DNA from: an uncultured Gammaproteobacteria bacterium | GTDB lineage: Bacteria > Patescibacteriota > Microgenomatia > UBA1406 > GWC2-37-13 | Reading direction: 5' to 3' | Assembly (NCBI GenBank): GCA_964557525.1 | Contig: CAZLAJ010000001.1 | Span: 1 to 26,786, forward strand | Length of the DNA stretch: 26,786 nt | In this document: in pieces, positions 24,628-26,786 of the stretch | Position numbering within the stretch: the first letter of the stretch is position 1 | How the letters are laid out: each line of letters opens with the position of its first letter | Notes under the pieces: generated by a model | What the model saw: the letters and a program-made list of their open reading frames with translations, nothing else | Told to the model about the DNA's origin: nothing | The model's database searches: none | Translations under genes and position numbers: made by a program

Positions 24628-25767
24628 GTAGTAGCTGATTACTCCATTCCCGTGGTCGATGTATTTAATATTAATTGTCGCTCCGCTACAGGCCTGACTT
24701 GATGAGTAGAGAGTACCGTCTGCTGGTGCGCGGATTACTTCACTGCCTGAGCTCCACATGTCTATACCGGTATGGATTCCTCCGCTATAGCTGTATCTCC
24801 AAGACCATGGAGTCTGACCGAAATGTTGCTCGACTATTACCGGGTCGGTAAGCGGCCAGTCCCAGCTGCCACCCCCTATTGTATCTGTTCCACCAGTCTG
24901 ATGGTCGGTAAGCGTTTTGGAAGAGAGGTAGTTTGCTGGATCTACCCAAGAATTATTAAGTCGTACCTCAAAATGAAGGTGCGCTCCGGTTGAGCAATAG
25001 GGGGCTCCAGAGTTCCCCACAAGCGCAATTGGTTCACCTTTCTTAACAGCACCAACTTTACTACCTGTCAATACCGCCTTCTCGACAGCATTGTATTCTG
25101 CTAACGCTTGAGAAAGAAGCTGTTGATACTTTTTTTCATCATTCTGGGTGTCTGCAAGAAGCAGCTGTTTCTTGCTTTTTTGATCATCAAGCGCAACTTT
25201 CTGCGATTTAAGGGTATCCTCTAGATTTGCCAGTTCAACTTTCTTTTTTTCCCGTAGGGTTTTTTGTTCTTCGAAGTTTAGCTTCGTGGTTTGTACCTGA
25301 ACAAGCAGTTTCTGGTTGTTTTCCTGAGTCGTTTTTGCATACTTCATCTCATTTATCATTTCCGCTGCATTTGCAGTATCAAAGAGAATATCGAAGAAGG
25401 AATAGGCCCTTTTCTTGTAGCCGTCGACTACCCTCCTCAGGAGTAGTTTTGAGAGATAATCCAGAGATTCGTCTAGTCCGTCGATCTTTGCGTCTAAAAG
25501 CTCTATCTCTTTTTGTGTTGAAATGATCTTTTTTTCCGTTTCTTCAATGCGGTAAGCAGTAAGAGAGATCTGAGTATCCATGTACTGAATCTGGGAAGAG
25601 AGAGAGTTTTTCTGACCTCTCAGTTCAGTAAGCTTCTGTTCATACTCTTTAATTCTGTTTGAGAGGTCGCTTTGCGTTTGGTTGGTGTTTTGCGAGTAGG
25701 TGATGGGAGCAAGCGTAATGAATGTGAAGAAAAGGAGGAATACAATAGTAATTTTTTTAGAGGACAT
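24613..25767 (-). CDS. Secreted coiled-coil protein (PcsB/EnvC/CwlO-like N-terminus) with a circularly permuted M23 metallopeptidase domain
   Basis: Signal peptide, ~200-aa heptad coiled coil, then STGAHLHFEV BEFORE HTGID. ATG 25767 is 7 nt after TATAAT. Confidence 0.88.
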   Translation of the reverse strand: MSSKKITIVFLLFFTFITLAPITYSQNTNQTQSDLSNRIKEYEQKLTELRGQKNSLSSQIQYMDTQISLTAYRIEETEKKIISTQKEIELLDAKIDGLDESLDYLSKLLLRRVVDGYKKRAYSFFDILFDTANAAEMINEMKYAKTTQENNQKLLVQVQTTKLNFEEQKTLREKKKVELANLEDTLKSQKVALDDQKSKKQLLLADTQNDEKKYQQLLSQALAEYNAVEKAVLTGSKVGAVKKGEPIALVGNSGAPYCSTGAHLHFEVRLNNSWVDPANYLSSKTLTDHQTGGTDTIGGGSWDWPLTDPVIVEQHFGQTPWSWRYSYSGGIHTGIDMWSSGSEVIRAPADGTLYSSSQACSGATINIKYIDHGNGVISYYLHVQ

Positions 25768-25774
25768 GTGATTC

Positions 25775-25804
25775 ATTATAAGCAGATCTGATGCGATTTT
25801 TCAA
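25775..25804 (-). promoter_or_regulatory. Sigma70 promoter (leaderless) for the M23 gene
   Basis: TTGAAA (25804-25799), 18 nt, TATAAT (25780-25775), then 7 nt to ATG. Confidence 0.6.
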
Positions 25805-25846
25805 TGTTGATTCTCGCGGAGAAGAATAGATCGAATGACCTATAAC

Positions 25847-26740
25847 TTATGCATGATACTTTTCAGTTGCAATGTAGCTTGCGATAAGCGCAATTCCCAG
25901 TCCAAACAGTGAGGCAAATCCAAAACTGAGTGCCATGAATGTTGCATTAAGCGGCCAGACCATAATTGATGTACTACCCACAGTAATTATGAGATCCTGC
26001 ACGCCTCGAAGATATGAGTTGAGAAACGGATTTATGTACAGGAGGAGTCCAAGGATGATTCCGTATGCTGATAATACCGCCGTGAGTCCAAAGAGAAATG
26101 CTTCACTTAAGAATGGCCGTTTGATATAGAACCCACCTGCACCCAAAAGCCGTAAGAGCTCAATTTCATCTCTTTTTATTGCTATTTTAAAGAGGAATGT
26201 TGTCGTGAGAACAATGATCGACATCAGGATGAGGAAGCTAAAGAAAATGATAGTGGTACGCCGCAAGATAGAGGTAAGAGTAAGGAGTCTATCGACGATC
26301 TGCTGTTGAAAGTTCACCTCATCAACACCGGATTTTGTCTTGAGAAATGCCGCAATTTCCGGAAGATATTCAGGTTTTTTCGCATAGATTTCGATAGATG
26401 GAGGAAGAATATCCGCAGATACCATCTCGAGAAGGAGTGGATTATCTTTATTTAGCTGTTTATATACGGTATACGCCTCTGCTTTCGAAACATACTTAAC
26501 ATCAAGTACTTTTCCCGAGTTAACAAGTTCTTCTCTGATTTTGAGAATCTCGCCTTCTGGAGCTTTTGCTTGGAAGTAGGCGGTTACCTGAGGTCTTGTT
26601 TCAACATACCCTAAAAGTCCATATAAGAAAGAGAGGGTAATAAAGAGGACAAGGGACAAAAATACGGTAAAAAATAGTACTAAAAAGGCGGCTAAAGACT
26701 GGTATGGTGTGCGTCTTATTGATATGAGTATGTCTTTCAT
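25847..26740 (-). CDS. ftsX: Cell division permease-like protein FtsX
   Basis: TM1, extracellular loop with VKYVSKAEA..NPLL..LPPSIEI..GVDEV, three further TMs, RDEIELLRLLGAGGFYIKRPFLSEA. SD AAGGAGG upstream. Confidence 0.92.
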   Translation of the reverse strand: MKDILISIRRTPYQSLAAFLVLFFTVFLSLVLFITLSFLYGLLGYVETRPQVTAYFQAKAPEGEILKIREELVNSGKVLDVKYVSKAEAYTVYKQLNKDNPLLLEMVSADILPPSIEIYAKKPEYLPEIAAFLKTKSGVDEVNFQQQIVDRLLTLTSILRRTTIIFFSFLILMSIIVLTTTFLFKIAIKRDEIELLRLLGAGGFYIKRPFLSEAFLFGLTAVLSAYGIILGLLLYINPFLNSYLRGVQDLIITVGSTSIMVWPLNATFMALSFGFASLFGLGIALIASYIATEKYHA

Positions 26741-26786
26741 AGTTCATATCCTCCTTTTCTTACGTCTTTTGCAAGTTTACTATCTC
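26737..26786 (-). CDS. ftsE: 3' end of the upstream gene, probably FtsE ABC ATPase (partial)
   Basis: Open frame DSKLAKDVRKGGYEL* with its stop overlapping the ftsX start (ATGA). It resembles ABC-ATPase/FtsE C-termini. Only 15 codons are visible, so the identity rests mainly on synteny. Confidence 0.55.
   Translation of the reverse strand, partial: DSKLAKDVRKGGYEL

Noticed and set aside
1-26786. Mobile elements, prophage, CRISPR or defence systems, rRNA/tRNA
   Set aside because: No transposase, integrase, cas, phage structural gene, repeat array or structural RNA signature was seen. Very short or divergent ncRNAs cannot be excluded without a covariance-model search.

Overview
Core-chromosome segment of a compact bacterial genome read in code 11 (TGA is a stop). 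Gene content, near-zero intergenic spacing, many apparently leaderless starts and divergent RNA polymerase sequences suggest a CPR/Patescibacteria organism, probably Microgenomates-like; this is inference, not a database result. From left to right: (1) two GH130-like glycosidase genes, one with two fused domains. (2) A membrane-anchored cytochrome b5 coupled to a small two-helix His-bearing membrane protein. (3) An RRM RNA-binding protein. (4) A DNA-damage cluster: Nudix, two small genes missing from the ORF track, a frameshifted Fe-S-less mutY and an nth with a degenerate Fe-S motif, facing a lexA / small accessory gene / Y-family polymerase cassette with a candidate operator inside the lexA promoter. 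(5) A short mscS and a metallophosphoesterase. (6) rpoB-rpoC-rpsL-rpsG-fusA on the minus strand, with a 47-nt rpoC/rpsL overlap and no tuf after fusA. (7) A YtxG/YtxH-like pair. (8) An RmlA-like nucleotidyltransferase and surface proteins (CAP, VanZ-like, lamin-tail). (9) A HAD hydrolase. (10) ftsE(end)-ftsX followed by a coiled-coil M23 peptidase whose catalytic domain is circularly permuted, the most striking item here. I found no rRNA, tRNA, CRISPR array or mobile element.
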